Assembly (NCBI GenBank): GCA_032718475.1
Contig: JAUCBJ010000678.1
Span: forward strand, 67,882-131,881
Length of the DNA stretch: 64,000 nucleotides
Origin: Nemertoderma westbladi
Taxonomy: Eukaryota > Animalia > Xenacoelomorpha
Reading direction: 5' to 3'
In this document: piece after piece, positions 41,936-53,100 of the stretch
Position numbering within the stretch: the first letter of the stretch is position 1
How the letters are laid out: the number at the start of each line of letters is the position of its first letter
Notes under the pieces: model-generated
What the model saw: only the letters and a program-made list of their open reading frames with translations
The model's database searches: none
Told to the model about the DNA's origin: nothing
Translations under genes and position numbers: made by a program

Positions 41936-43507
41936 AATTTGTGTGGCCAATTTCGATTCGCTGATTATAAATATGGAAACTGCTGTTTTTGATCTCACAC
42001 CACACCCTGTATGGAGGTCATGATGAAAATAGTGAAAATAGTATAGAGCCGGAATAATGTCGGGCGAATAATACCAAATATATAATCAGACCAAGTACAA
42101 ATATAATGCTGGGCCGTCTGCCATACAGTGTGCCCTATGAGCTAAGACTGTAAGACCGGTAGTGATATCCTAACAGCAGGACTAGCTAACTACTGCTGTC
42201 TGTCTACTCGGTAGGTACAGTAGTATCCCGAGTCTGTATGTGTCCGTAGTCTGACTCATGGTGAGTCATCCCTACAGTGGTACATGCTAAAAAGTAGAAT
42301 GAGCTAGAATGATCTAGAATGAGCTAGAATGACCTAAGAATCACCTAGAATGAGCTATGAGGAGATGATAGAATGCTAATGCAATACCGACCTATACCGA
42401 GGTACAGTATAACAAGATACGAATCACCTAGAATTAGCTACAGTATAGGTACGTAATGAAGAACAATACCAACCTATAACGAGATAATACTGACCTATAC
42501 CGGGCTATAACAAGATAATATCAATCTATACCAACCAAAATATGAGATAATACATGGGTGTATCGACCTATACTGAGCAGTAGTAGGGTCTTGGTGCTCT
42601 CGGTGACAGTTGGACCTCACTGACTGGCGCCAGACTGTCTGGGCGACACCTAATTAGGCTAATTAGACCCTAATTGACAGGTGTAATCAATTAATTAGTA
42701 CAATTAAACCCTAATAGGTGTCTTACGACTCCTAATTAGGGTTTAATTGATTATCCTAATTAATCAATCCGATACGCAATGGTGTCAGTGCTGTCTAACT
42801 GTCACAAAGCCGGCGCAAGAGGGTGTCATAAGTGACACCGCAGCTCTTTTATTTATTAATACTATTTATTTGTACCTAATTTTAATTAATTATTTGTATT
42901 TAATTTTGATGTTTTTAATTGTAATTATTTTTACTTTATTTATTTGTACTTAATTTTAGATTTACCAATAATTAGTTTTATATATTGGTTTCTAAATGAC
43001 CTCATTGACTTTCATCTCGTTATCCTTAGCCATAGGGTATACAGCTCCCTTACTGGTAACTAATTACTCTTATCTACTGTATATCCAGACAGCTTTATCG
43101 TTGATCTTTGACCCCCAATTAGCTTTAACCAAGCCAGAGCTTATTAATAATAGCTGTATCCAAGCCCCCCGCCCCCTCTCGTGACACCTCTGATTACTAA
43201 TTACTCTTACCTATATCCAGCCGTCTGCAGTTCCATAGTCTTCCGCCAGAGGGCGTATTATCTGAAAATTAACATCTTCTCTAACTTTGTTATTTTCATT
43301 CCGAATAGGTTTAAACTCGGTAGGCATCTACTACGGCATAGGCCATATCTTTTGCGGAGTCATAGAGTAGTCTGAAGTTCCCCAGTCTGCCGCTAGAGGG
43401 CGAAATGTCTCAAAGTGAAAACCATATAGTAGCCACGAATTGGTTACTAGGCAATAATACTGCATTTTGCAAAGTTAGGCCTATTGCTGACCGAACGAAA
43501 ACTGCCC

Positions 43508-43581
43508 TGGTTCATGTAGGGATCGAACCCATGACATACGGGAGATGTGAATTCAACGCAACCACTACACCAAGGTGGAAC
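43508..43581 (-). ncRNA. tRNA-derived Pol III unit (left-arm copy)
   Basis: Reverse complement of the 47631-47704 unit with A-box and B-box; differs by about one substitution. Confidence 0.45.
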
Positions 43582-43641
43582 AGTAACCTTTGAATTTGTT
43601 CGTTGCCGTTCGAATTTGTAAGACTCTCATTTAAGAAATGA

Positions 43642-44052
43642 CACAGACCATGCCTCACTGAGGCACTGAGGCACTGAGGCATAGACTATGCCTTACTGAG
43701 GCATAGACTATGCCTCACTGAGGCACTGAGGCATAGACTATGCCTCACTGAGGCACTGAGTGAGGCATAGTCTATGCCTCACTGAGGCACTGAGTGAGGC
43801 ATAGTCTATGCCTCAGTGAGTCATAGTCTATGCCTCACTGAGGCATAGACTATGCCTCACTGAGGCACAGACTATGCCTCAGTGAGGCATAGTCTATGCC
43901 TCAGTGCCTCACTGAGGCACAGACTATGCCTCACTGAGGCATAGACTATGCCCCACTGAGGCATAGACTATGCCTCACTGAGGCACTGAGGCATAGACTA
44001 TGACTCATTGAGGCATAGACTATGCCTCACTGAGGCATAGTCTATGCCTCAC
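43642..44052. repeat. Array of 21-bp palindromes tgaggcatag[a/t]ctatgcctca (22-bp unit), left arm
   Basis: Directly visible; mixed loop orientation (gac and gtc). Confidence 0.93.
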
Positions 44053-44897
44053 TTCAATATACGAGCACAAAGGAGTTTACAAGCATAGGTTCAAATCCAA
44101 CTAAAGCTCTATATTTCGCATTGAAGTGGAATACTTTAGATGCTGGGGGGGAATCTGGTTTGCGAGGGATATTTGAATGGTGAGTGTAACTATCCTTGAG
44201 AGTTAGTGTAACGTTATCTCACTTTACCACTGTACTCACATCTGCTCTCTCATTGGCTGCTCGATGCCTCAGATTAAGGGTATAAGGCCTTCAAGCTGAT
44301 CATTTGCTTAGTTTTCTAATTAGAAGGTCGTGAGTTCGAACCCTAGAAGAGCAATATTCTTTTTCCTAGCTCTTGGCTGACTCTAGTGTACACTAGCTTT
44401 GACTCTCCCAGCTATAGTGGTAGTATGCAACCTTGGGAGTTAATGTGCGGTCTTATGAGTAAAGGCCAAGAGATTAGACTTCAGGTTGCCTCCATTGATT
44501 CACTCTTCTTAACTTTATAAAATAACTCAACCCTTATTTAAAGTTTTAAAAATTATGACTTCGTCGACCAATTTTCCAAAGTATATTATAAAAACATATA
44601 ATTTCTTGAATAAATAGACCTAATAGTAATAAATATTGTGGGGTAAATACATTTATAATACTAATATAATTATTATGGATAAATAGTCCTAATACTAATA
44701 GAATTGTTATGGATAAATAGTCCTAATACTAATATAATTGGTATGGATAAATAGCCCTAATACTATTATAAAAGGAACTCAAACAAACAAATGTCAAATT
44801 TTCATCATTCTCTTCTAAATGTTTAATAAATTCTGTAATTTAATTTTACTTCCTAGAACTTGGGTCAATGTTGCCTCATTATTTTCTTAATTTTCCT

Positions 44898-45457
44898 TCA
44901 AATGTTTAATAATTTTCCGCAATTGATCTTATTTCCAAGTAATTGTCTCTTTATTTCCTCATTATCATCATTTTCATCCTCTTCTCCACTTCCCTGATCT
45001 TCACTTTCTTCACCCTCTTTCTGACCTTCACTTTCTCCATCCTCTTCCCCACCTTCACTTTCTTCATCCTCTTCCTGATCTTCACTTTCTTCGTTCTCAA
45101 CCTCACTATCTTCAACTTCATCCTGATCCTCACTATTTTCATTCTCCATCTCATCGTCCTCTTCTTCTCCATCTTTCTCACTCAAATTTTCCTCATTTTC
45201 TAGGGGTAACTGTTTTTGTATCCCTTTCAAAATATTCATAACTTTATGAAATTTTTTTTCCATTGTCTGTTTTATATTTAATATATCACGCTCATCTCTC
45301 TTTTTCTTTTCATCTTCACTAAAAATATCTTCGGATTTTTTAAATTTTTTGGTAACGGAGCCATTAGTTTTTCCTTTCTATGTGTTTCCATATGACGAGA
45401 TAAATTGTCTTGTCTCATTTCTTTATTACAAACCAAACAACTTTCATGTCTATGCAT
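44898..45457 (-). pseudogene. Frameshifted gene: single C2H2 zinc finger followed by a long acidic tract
   Basis: Hand translation from ATG 45457: MHRHESCLVCNKEMRQDNLSRHMETHRK. One frameshift near 45370 joins KTNGSVTKK...QTMEKKFHK and the E/D-rich ORF 44898-45263. Confidence 0.6.
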
Positions 45458-45918
45458 TATATAGCAATTTCAATTGATAATATTGAATTTTAGCTAAATG
45501 ATTTTACAAAATTTTAAATAAATAAAACTTTTAAGAAAATAAATGAAACTTTTTAAAATAAAACTTAGAGAATGACTGGGAATGCGTTGAACGGGGGCTA
45601 TTATAGAGGAAGGCTAGAATGGATTATCCAATCAGAGTGCGAGGGTGAGTTAGGCAGCCAATCAGGACGCGAGGGAGGAAAGTTAGACAGCCAATGAGAG
45701 AGAGCAGATGCGAGTACAGTGATAAAGCGCCCGCCCCTCCATGGTGAGATAACGTCACACTAACTCTCAAGGATAGTTATACTCAGCATTCAAATATCCC
45801 TCGCAAACCAGATTCCCCCCCCCCCCCCCAGCATCTAAAGTATTCCACTTCAATGCAAAAATAGCTTTAGTTGGATTTGAACCTATGCTTGTAAACTATT
45901 TTGTACTCGTATATTGAA

Positions 45919-47570
45919 GTGAGGCATAGACTATGCCTTACTGATGCATAGTCTATGCCTCACTGAGGCATAGTCTATGCCTCAGTGCCTCAGTGAGGCA
46001 TAGTCTATGCCTCAGTGAGGCATAGTCTATGCTCAGTGAGTCATAGTCTATGCCTCAGTGAGTCATAGTCTATGCCTCAGTGCGTGAGGCATAGTCTATG
46101 CCTCAGTGCCTCAGTGAGGCATAGTCTGTGCCTCAGTGAGGCATAGTCTATGCCTCAGTGCCCAGTGAGGCATAGTCTATGCCTCAGTGAGGCATAGTCT
46201 ATGCCTCAGTGAGTCATAGTCTATGCCTCACGTGAGGCATAGTCTATGCCTCAGTGAGGCATAGTCTATGCCTCAGTGCCTCAGTGAGGCATAGTCTATG
46301 CCTCAGTGCCTCAGTGAGGCATAGTCTATGCCTCAGTGCCTCAGTGAGGCATAGTCTATGCCTCAGTGAGTCATAGTCTATGCCTCAGTGAGTCATAGTC
46401 TATGCCTCAGTGCCTCAGTGAGGCATAGTCTATGCCTCAGTGAGGCATAGTCTATGCCTCAGTGCCTCAGTGAGGCATAGTCTATGCCTCAGTGCCTCAG
46501 TGAGGCATAGTCTATGCCTCAGTAAGGCATAGTCTATGCCTCAGTAAGGCATAGTCTATGCCTCATTGCCTCAGTGAGGCATAGTCTATGCCTCAGTGAG
46601 GCATAGTCTGTGCCTCAGTGAGGCATAGTCTGTGCCTCAGTGAGGCATAGTCTGTGCCTCAGTGAGCATAGTCTATGCCTCAGTGAGGCATAGTCTGTGC
46701 CTCAGTGAGGCATAGTCTGTGCCTCAGTGCCTCAGTGAGGCATAGTCTGTGCCTCAGGGAGGCATAGTCTATTCCTCAGTGAGTAATAGTATATGCCTCA
46801 GTGCCTCAGTGAGGCATAGTCTATGCCTCAGTGCCTCAGTGAGGTATAGTCTATGCCTCAGTGAGGCATAGTCTATGCCTCAGTGAGGCATAGTCTATGC
46901 CTCAGTGAGTCATAGTCTATGCCTCAGTGCCTCAGTGAGGCATAGTCTATGCCTCAGTGCCTCAGTGAGGCATAGTCTATGCCTCAGTGAGTCATAGTCT
47001 ATGCCTCAGTGAGGCATAGTCTATGCCTCAGTGAGGCATAGTCTATGCCTCAGTAAGGCATAGTCTATGCCTCAGTGCCTCAGTGAGGCATAGTCTATGC
47101 CTCAGTGAAGGCATAGTCTATGTCTCAGTGAGCATAGTCTATGCCTCAGTGAGGCATAGTCTATGCCTCAGTGCCTCAGTGAGGCATAGTCTATGCCTCA
47201 GTGAGTCATAGTCTATGCCTCAGTGAGGCATAGTCTATGCCTCAGTGAGTCATAGTCTATGCCTCAGTGCCTCAGTGAGGCATAGTCTATGCCTCAGTGA
47301 GTCATAGTATATGCCTCAGTGCCTCAGTGAGGCATAGTCTATGCCTCAGGCCTGAGTGCATAGTCTATGCCTCAGTGAGCATAGTCTTGCCTCAGTGAGG
47401 CATAGTCTATGCCTCAGTGAGTCATAGTCTATGCCTCAGTGCCTCAGTGAGGCATAGTCTATGCCTCAGTGAAGGCATAGTCTATGCCTCAGTGCCTCAG
47501 TGAGGCATAGTCTATGCCTCAGTGAGGCATAGTCTATGCCTCAGTGTACCTCAGTGAGGCATAGTCTGTG
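45919..47570. repeat. Expanded array of the same 21-bp palindrome, right arm, about 1.65 kb
   Basis: gtgaggcatagtctatgcctca units with interspersed gtgcctca 8-mers. Confidence 0.95.
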
Positions 47571-47630
47571 TCATTTCTTAAATGAGAGTCTTACAAATTC
47601 GAACGGCAACGAACAAATTCGAAGGTTACT

Positions 47631-47704
47631 GTTCCACCTTGGTGTAGTGGTTGCGTTGAATTCACATCTCCCGTATGTCATGGGTTCGATCCCTGCATGA
47701 ACCA
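47631..47704 (+). ncRNA. tRNA-derived (Val-like) Pol III unit (right-arm copy)
   Basis: 74 nt, gttcc...gaacca. A-box tggtgtagtgg, T-arm gggttcgatccc, ttcacat loop (CAC). Acceptor and anticodon stems are imperfect, so it is not called a functional tRNA. Confidence 0.5.
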
Positions 47705-50115
47705 GGGCAGTTTTCGTTCGGTCAGCAATAGGCCTAACTTTGCAAAATGCAGTATTATTGCCTAGTAACCAATTCATGGCTACTATATGGTTTTCACTTT
47801 GAGACATTTCGCCCTCTAGCGGCAGACTGAGGAACTTCAGACTACTCTGTGACTCTGCAAAAGATATAGCCCATATTGTAATAGATACCGACTGGGGGGT
47901 CAAAATTAAGTAATAATATATCTAAATAAGTCTCAAACATCTTGCCTCATGGCTCGCCCCTTAGAACTCTTAAGCAATATAACTTCATAGTTTTGCGGAT
48001 TGTAAATAACAAAGCTAGAGAAGATGTTAATTTTCAAATAATACGCCCTCTAGCGGCAGACAGGGGAACTTCAGACTACTCTATGACTCCGCAAAAGATA
48101 TGGCCTATGCCGTAGTAGATGCCTACCGAGTTTAAACCTATTCGGAATGAAAATAACAAAGTTAGAGAAGATGTTAATTTTCAGATAATACGCCCTCTAG
48201 CGGCAGACTATGGAACTGCAGACGGCTGGATATAGGTAAGAGTAATTAGTAATCAGAGGTGTCACGAGAGGGGGGCGGGGCGCTTGGATACAACTATTAT
48301 TAATAAGCTGTTGCTTGGTTAAAGCTAATTGGGGGTCAAAGGTCAACGATAAAGCTGTCTGGATATAGATAAGAGTAATTAGTTACCAGTAAGGGAGCTG
48401 TATACCCTATGGCTAAGTATAACGAGATGAAAGTCAATGAGGTCATTTAGAAACCAATATATAAAACTAATTATTGGTAAATCTAAAATTAAGTACAAAT
48501 AAATAAAGTAAAAATAAATACAATTAAATAAATTAAAATTAAATACAAATAATTAATTAAAATTAGGTACAAATAAATAAGTATTAATAAATAAAAGAGC
48601 TGCGGTGTCACTTATGACACCCTCTTGGGCCTCTAGGCGACAGTTAGACAACACTGACACCATTGCGTATCGGATTGATTAATTAGGATAATCAATTAAA
48701 CCCTAATTAGGAGTCGTAAGACACCTATTAGGGTTTAATTGTACTAATTAATTGATGACACCTGTCAATTAGGGTCTAATTAGCCTAATTAGGAGGTGTC
48801 ACCCAGACAGTCTGGCGCCAGTCAGTGAGGTCCAACTGTCACCGAGAGCACCAAGACCCTACTACTGCTCAGTATAGGGCGATACACCTATGTATTATCT
48901 CATATTTTGGTTGGTATAGATTGATATTATCTTGTTATAGCCCGGTATAGGTCAGTATTATCTCGTTATAGGTTGGTATTGTTCTTCATTACGTCCCCAT
49001 ACTGTAGTTCATTCTAGGTAATTCGTACCCTGTTATAGCTCGGTATAGGTCGGTATTGCATTCTATCATCTCGTCTTAGCTCATTCTAGGTGATTATTAG
49101 GTCATTCTAGCTCATTCTACTTGTTAGCATGTACCCGTACAGTACCGTCCCTGAGTATCGCTGGTATGGGGCGAGCCATGCAGTGTCGCGAGTTCGTATC
49201 ATACCCCAGTAATTAAATTTATATGTGAACACTTACCGACATCCGATAGGGAAAAGGAAGCAAAAAAGGAATCCCATTACTAGAGAAAAAGAAGGGGAAA
49301 AGAAACCAGAATTTAAATGCTGATAAGCTGATATGGCTTTCCCCTTTCTTATACTGTAGCCATAGCAGGTCTATTAATTCTTCAATATTTTTTTAAAATG
49401 TGTGTGGGGTTATTTCTAGGACGATAAAAAAGGCAAAATGCAATTAGCATACTGACTACATTCATTGGCATGAGCCACAGGGATGTACTGCATGCCATTA
49501 GCAATGGCTATTGATGGAGCCAACATACAAAGGTGTGGTGCGACTGTGCGAAGTATTTTCAATCAATTTTAATTAGTAAGCCTAAAAGTACAGGTACAAT
49601 GTTATGAGTACTGCTAATGTTCTGCTGCGCCGTTGCAGCATTACATGTCTGTATGTAGGATGAATGTCTACATTCTGAAGTTCTGAGGACCAAACAATTT
49701 CCTAATAAGCCTGGTTGATAGTGATAATGATAAAAGTGAAAAAAAGGATAAATCTGAGAAAAAATGGGAAAGGGAAACCTTTGGTAGTGCTGCACTTAAT
49801 TCTTTAGAAATAAATCATTTCTTTTACTTAAACTATTTCCATTGTCAAATAAAATTAAACTCCCAAGTTGTACTCTAGCTTTTGAAAAGATTACATTTCT
49901 CCTCTATATGCCAGACCTCGCTGGCGTTCGCATTTAAAAAGTCCCGCACTGCAATCTTATACTTATAAAGTGCCAGATTATAAATCTTGTAGTAAATGGA
50001 TAATAGATATTAAGGTAATTGTAATAAATCAATTGGTCAAACGATATATAAAGTAAAGGAACAATACAATATAAATAAAAAAAAGTACGTTAGTTGATTA
50101 TATTTAGTTGTTCTG

Positions 50116-53100
50116 CTAAGATAGTTTAAAGAGTTGATTCGATTTACTGGGAGTACGATTTGCACTGGTGGCGCAATGTAAATCTATAGAATGTTGGCGT
50201 TGAACGAAGTCAGCAACTGCCTCAATAGATTGTTCAACGTAGCCAGAACCAGAAGGAGTGGAAACATTGGGATTGAGTATAAAGTTGGTTCCGCCAGGAT
50301 GTATTTCAGTATTACACTGCGACACATATTCTAAAGTATGTGAGAGAGGTAAGGTTTGCAGATAAGGTTGAGTTTGAGGCTGCGGTGTTTGAATCAGATA
50401 AAAAGGTGATGAGGATTGATCCTTGGGGAGCATTGCTTGAAGTTGATCATGGTGCATTTGGGACTGCAATACAAGTGGGTGTGGTTGGGGCTGCTGTAAG
50501 GCATGGCGTTGTTGCAATGCCTGAAGTTGCACCAAAGCTGTGTGTATGTTAATTCCCAGACCGTTAAGAGTGGCCGCCGATAGGTGGGTTGTCAGATCAG
50601 ATCCCAGAGGCAGGGCACCGCCACTCAGTACTGGTACGGTTCCAACACCCACAGGTGCAGCGCCGGTCGATGAAACACAAGATGTGCCAACACTAACCGC
50701 ATGCGTACTAACTACTGCACCCAAATTCATTATCCCACCACCCCCATCAGTTCCATTCATTGCACCACAACCAGCAGTATCCTGAAAGATTAGCTGCACC
50801 AACTCCAGCGGTAGATTCAGTTGCAACCCTCCGGTGGTGTCATCCACAGTCTGCACCGCCGGTGGGGGTGCTGGTGCTTCTGAGATCCTTGGTATCACCG
50901 TGTTGGAACGATCAATGTTGCTGAGCTCCTCCATGGCCCGTGTTAATACGTCCTCGGCGCTGTCATCTTCACTATCATTGACAGTATCGTCGTCAATAAG
51001 CTCATCGAGCCCGACCGAGGGCTTTCCTTGCTCGGTTGGTTTGGGGTCTACTGTGGAAACGAGGACCGGCCCCGAGTCACCTAGGAGCACGGCCACATCG
51101 CCGATATCGCCAGTGTCTGTCGTCGCCCGTTCAATCTCGTCGGAGTAGCACTCACGAGCACGACCGCCTTCTAGTTTATGGAGATTCCGCAAATGGAAGT
51201 GAATCTTGGATTTACTGGTGTACTGCCGGGTGCAGAGAAGGCAGCGGTAGACCGGGGTCGTATTGTGCGGGATAGCCAATCGCGAGTCAGCTTGTGTGAC
51301 ATCATTGGGGACATCATCAGGGACGGCATGAACGCGTTTGTAATGATTAGTACGGGATAGGGCCTTCCTGAAGGTGCGATTACATTGATCGCAGTCGTAG
51401 AATTTAGTGGGACGGACTACCGGTAAGGATAGCTCGGGAACGGTGGATGGCGGTACTTCGGGATGGATTCGGACGATGTGGTTCACTAGCATACCGCGGC
51501 GACGGAAACCCACACCGCAGTCGCCACATTTAAACACAAACTTGGACAGGTCGGTTGGCGGATGCAGCGGTTGGAATCGCTCGCGTACCGGCCGCTGGAT
51601 CGCGTTGGGCCCGTGCATCCGCGCCGTGTGCGTATTCAGTTTGTCCCGTCGGGCGAACCGACGGCCACAAGTCGCGCACAGGAAGTCCTTGACCCCGGAG
51701 TGGACAAGCGAGTGGAGTTTAAGTCGTTCGGCCCGGCCGAACGCCTTGGGGCAACGCGCGCAACGGAACAGCTCGCCGGCCCAGTGAGAGAGACGGCAGT
51801 GGTTGAGTAGCTCGTCGTAGTTCGCGAGATCCGGCGAGCCCTCGGGACAACGGGGACAGTCGTAGCGGCCTGCGACTCCCGCATGGATCGTCACGTGTTC
51901 ACTCAGCGCGATATCGTCTCGAAACCGCGCCTCGCACAGCATACAAGCCGACCCGCAGTCTCGCAGCTCGGAATCATCAGTGTGCGCGGTTTCCCAATGC
52001 TGTTGGAACTCAACTCCTATGAGGAACTGTCTCAGACAGATGGAACATTCAGTGGTAATCAAACTGGGGCTACGCAGACTCCCAGCGGCCGCATTCTTCT
52101 TGCGCCTCTTTGGGGCAGCCCTTTCTTGCCCCCCTTCTACCACCTCTCCTTCTCCCCCTGGTAGCGGTACCTCTTCTTCTTGCTCCCTATAACTTTTGCC
52201 CCCGGCTTTCTGCCTGCGCGTCTGCACTATCGCGAGCCCGTTGCTTCGCAAATACTCCATGCGCTCCCACAGATGTCTCCTTCGATGACTCTGTCTCTCG
52301 GCGATAGTGAGGCCACCGGCGCCGCATTTCCGACAGGAAACCAACGCGATCGGGTAAATCGCGCGCTTCCGAGGGCGATGTACTCTGTCCCCATCCTTCA
52401 ATTTGGTAACAGGAACTAAATCCGATGAATCTGGACTGCCTTTACAACCCTCGAGATTTTTTGTATCTACAAAATATGTTTCTTCTATTGTTGGTTCGAC
52501 GTGGGGCAGTGGTAACAGGTCAGTCAATGGTTCCACTGAGTCAGTCACTGGTTCCACCGAGTCTGTCACTACTGGTAACGTTGGGTCAGTCACTGGTTCC
52601 ACCGCGTCTGTCACTACTGGTAAAATCGGGTCAGTCAATAGCACCGGGAGGGGCATGGCGTTCATAAATGCAGCGAAATGAGGGGAGTACCAAACCCTAA
52701 ACTCGCTATTTTTAGACACAGTTTTAATTGTAGAAAAATAAATAGCATCTTTGTATTGAAAAGCGTTAAGATTTTGTTCTGTGCAGTCGCGTGCAGGACG
52801 AACATACATCATCCAGTTTGATGAGTTCTCGTCAGTTGTGTTTATCCAGACGTGGCCTTGACGGGTGCTGAGTTTCCATTTTAAGGTCTGGTCTGATGGA
52901 ATATCCGACTCGTGTGAGCAATGGATTCCCTCGAGAGGGCCGAACATAGTCCTTGGACTGAATGTCCGTCTCGTGGACACACCACCGGAGCGGAGGACAG
53001 CTAGTTTGGTTGGTATGCTAGCGAGGGCGCGTGGGAGTACAGCGCGGTCGGGAACTAATGCCATCCCTCCGTGGATTGGGCAGTCTCCGTTGTGGGAAGT

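Larger units (their letters stand above)
42279..49135. mobile_element. 6.9-kb composite inverted-repeat element (foldback-type ends, Polinton-like interior)
   Basis: Arms 42279-44259 and 45688-49135 are reverse complements. Termini ggtacatgctaa...ttagcatgtacc with 10-bp gagctagaat subrepeats. Degenerate 8-9 bp TSD cctacagt/cgtacagt. Inner agtagtaggg at 42579 and ccctactact ending at 48866. Confidence 0.85.

Noticed and set aside
42650-42770. TTAGG/CCTAA telomere-like motifs
   Set aside because: Scattered cctaattagg palindromes within the element arm, not a tandem telomeric tract.
43405-43593. Mirror ORFs MSQSENHIVA (43405-43593 + and 47571-47903 -)
   Set aside because: Short frames duplicated by the inverted repeat and overlapping the tRNA-like unit antisense; no protein motif.
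47631-47704. Functional tRNA-Val gene
   Set aside because: Acceptor and anticodon stems pair poorly; kept only as a tRNA-derived unit.
49420-49532. Candidate CYP I-helix exon
   Set aside because: Stops in all three frames and no P450 similarity; 40276-40450 supplies the I-helix with correct phases.
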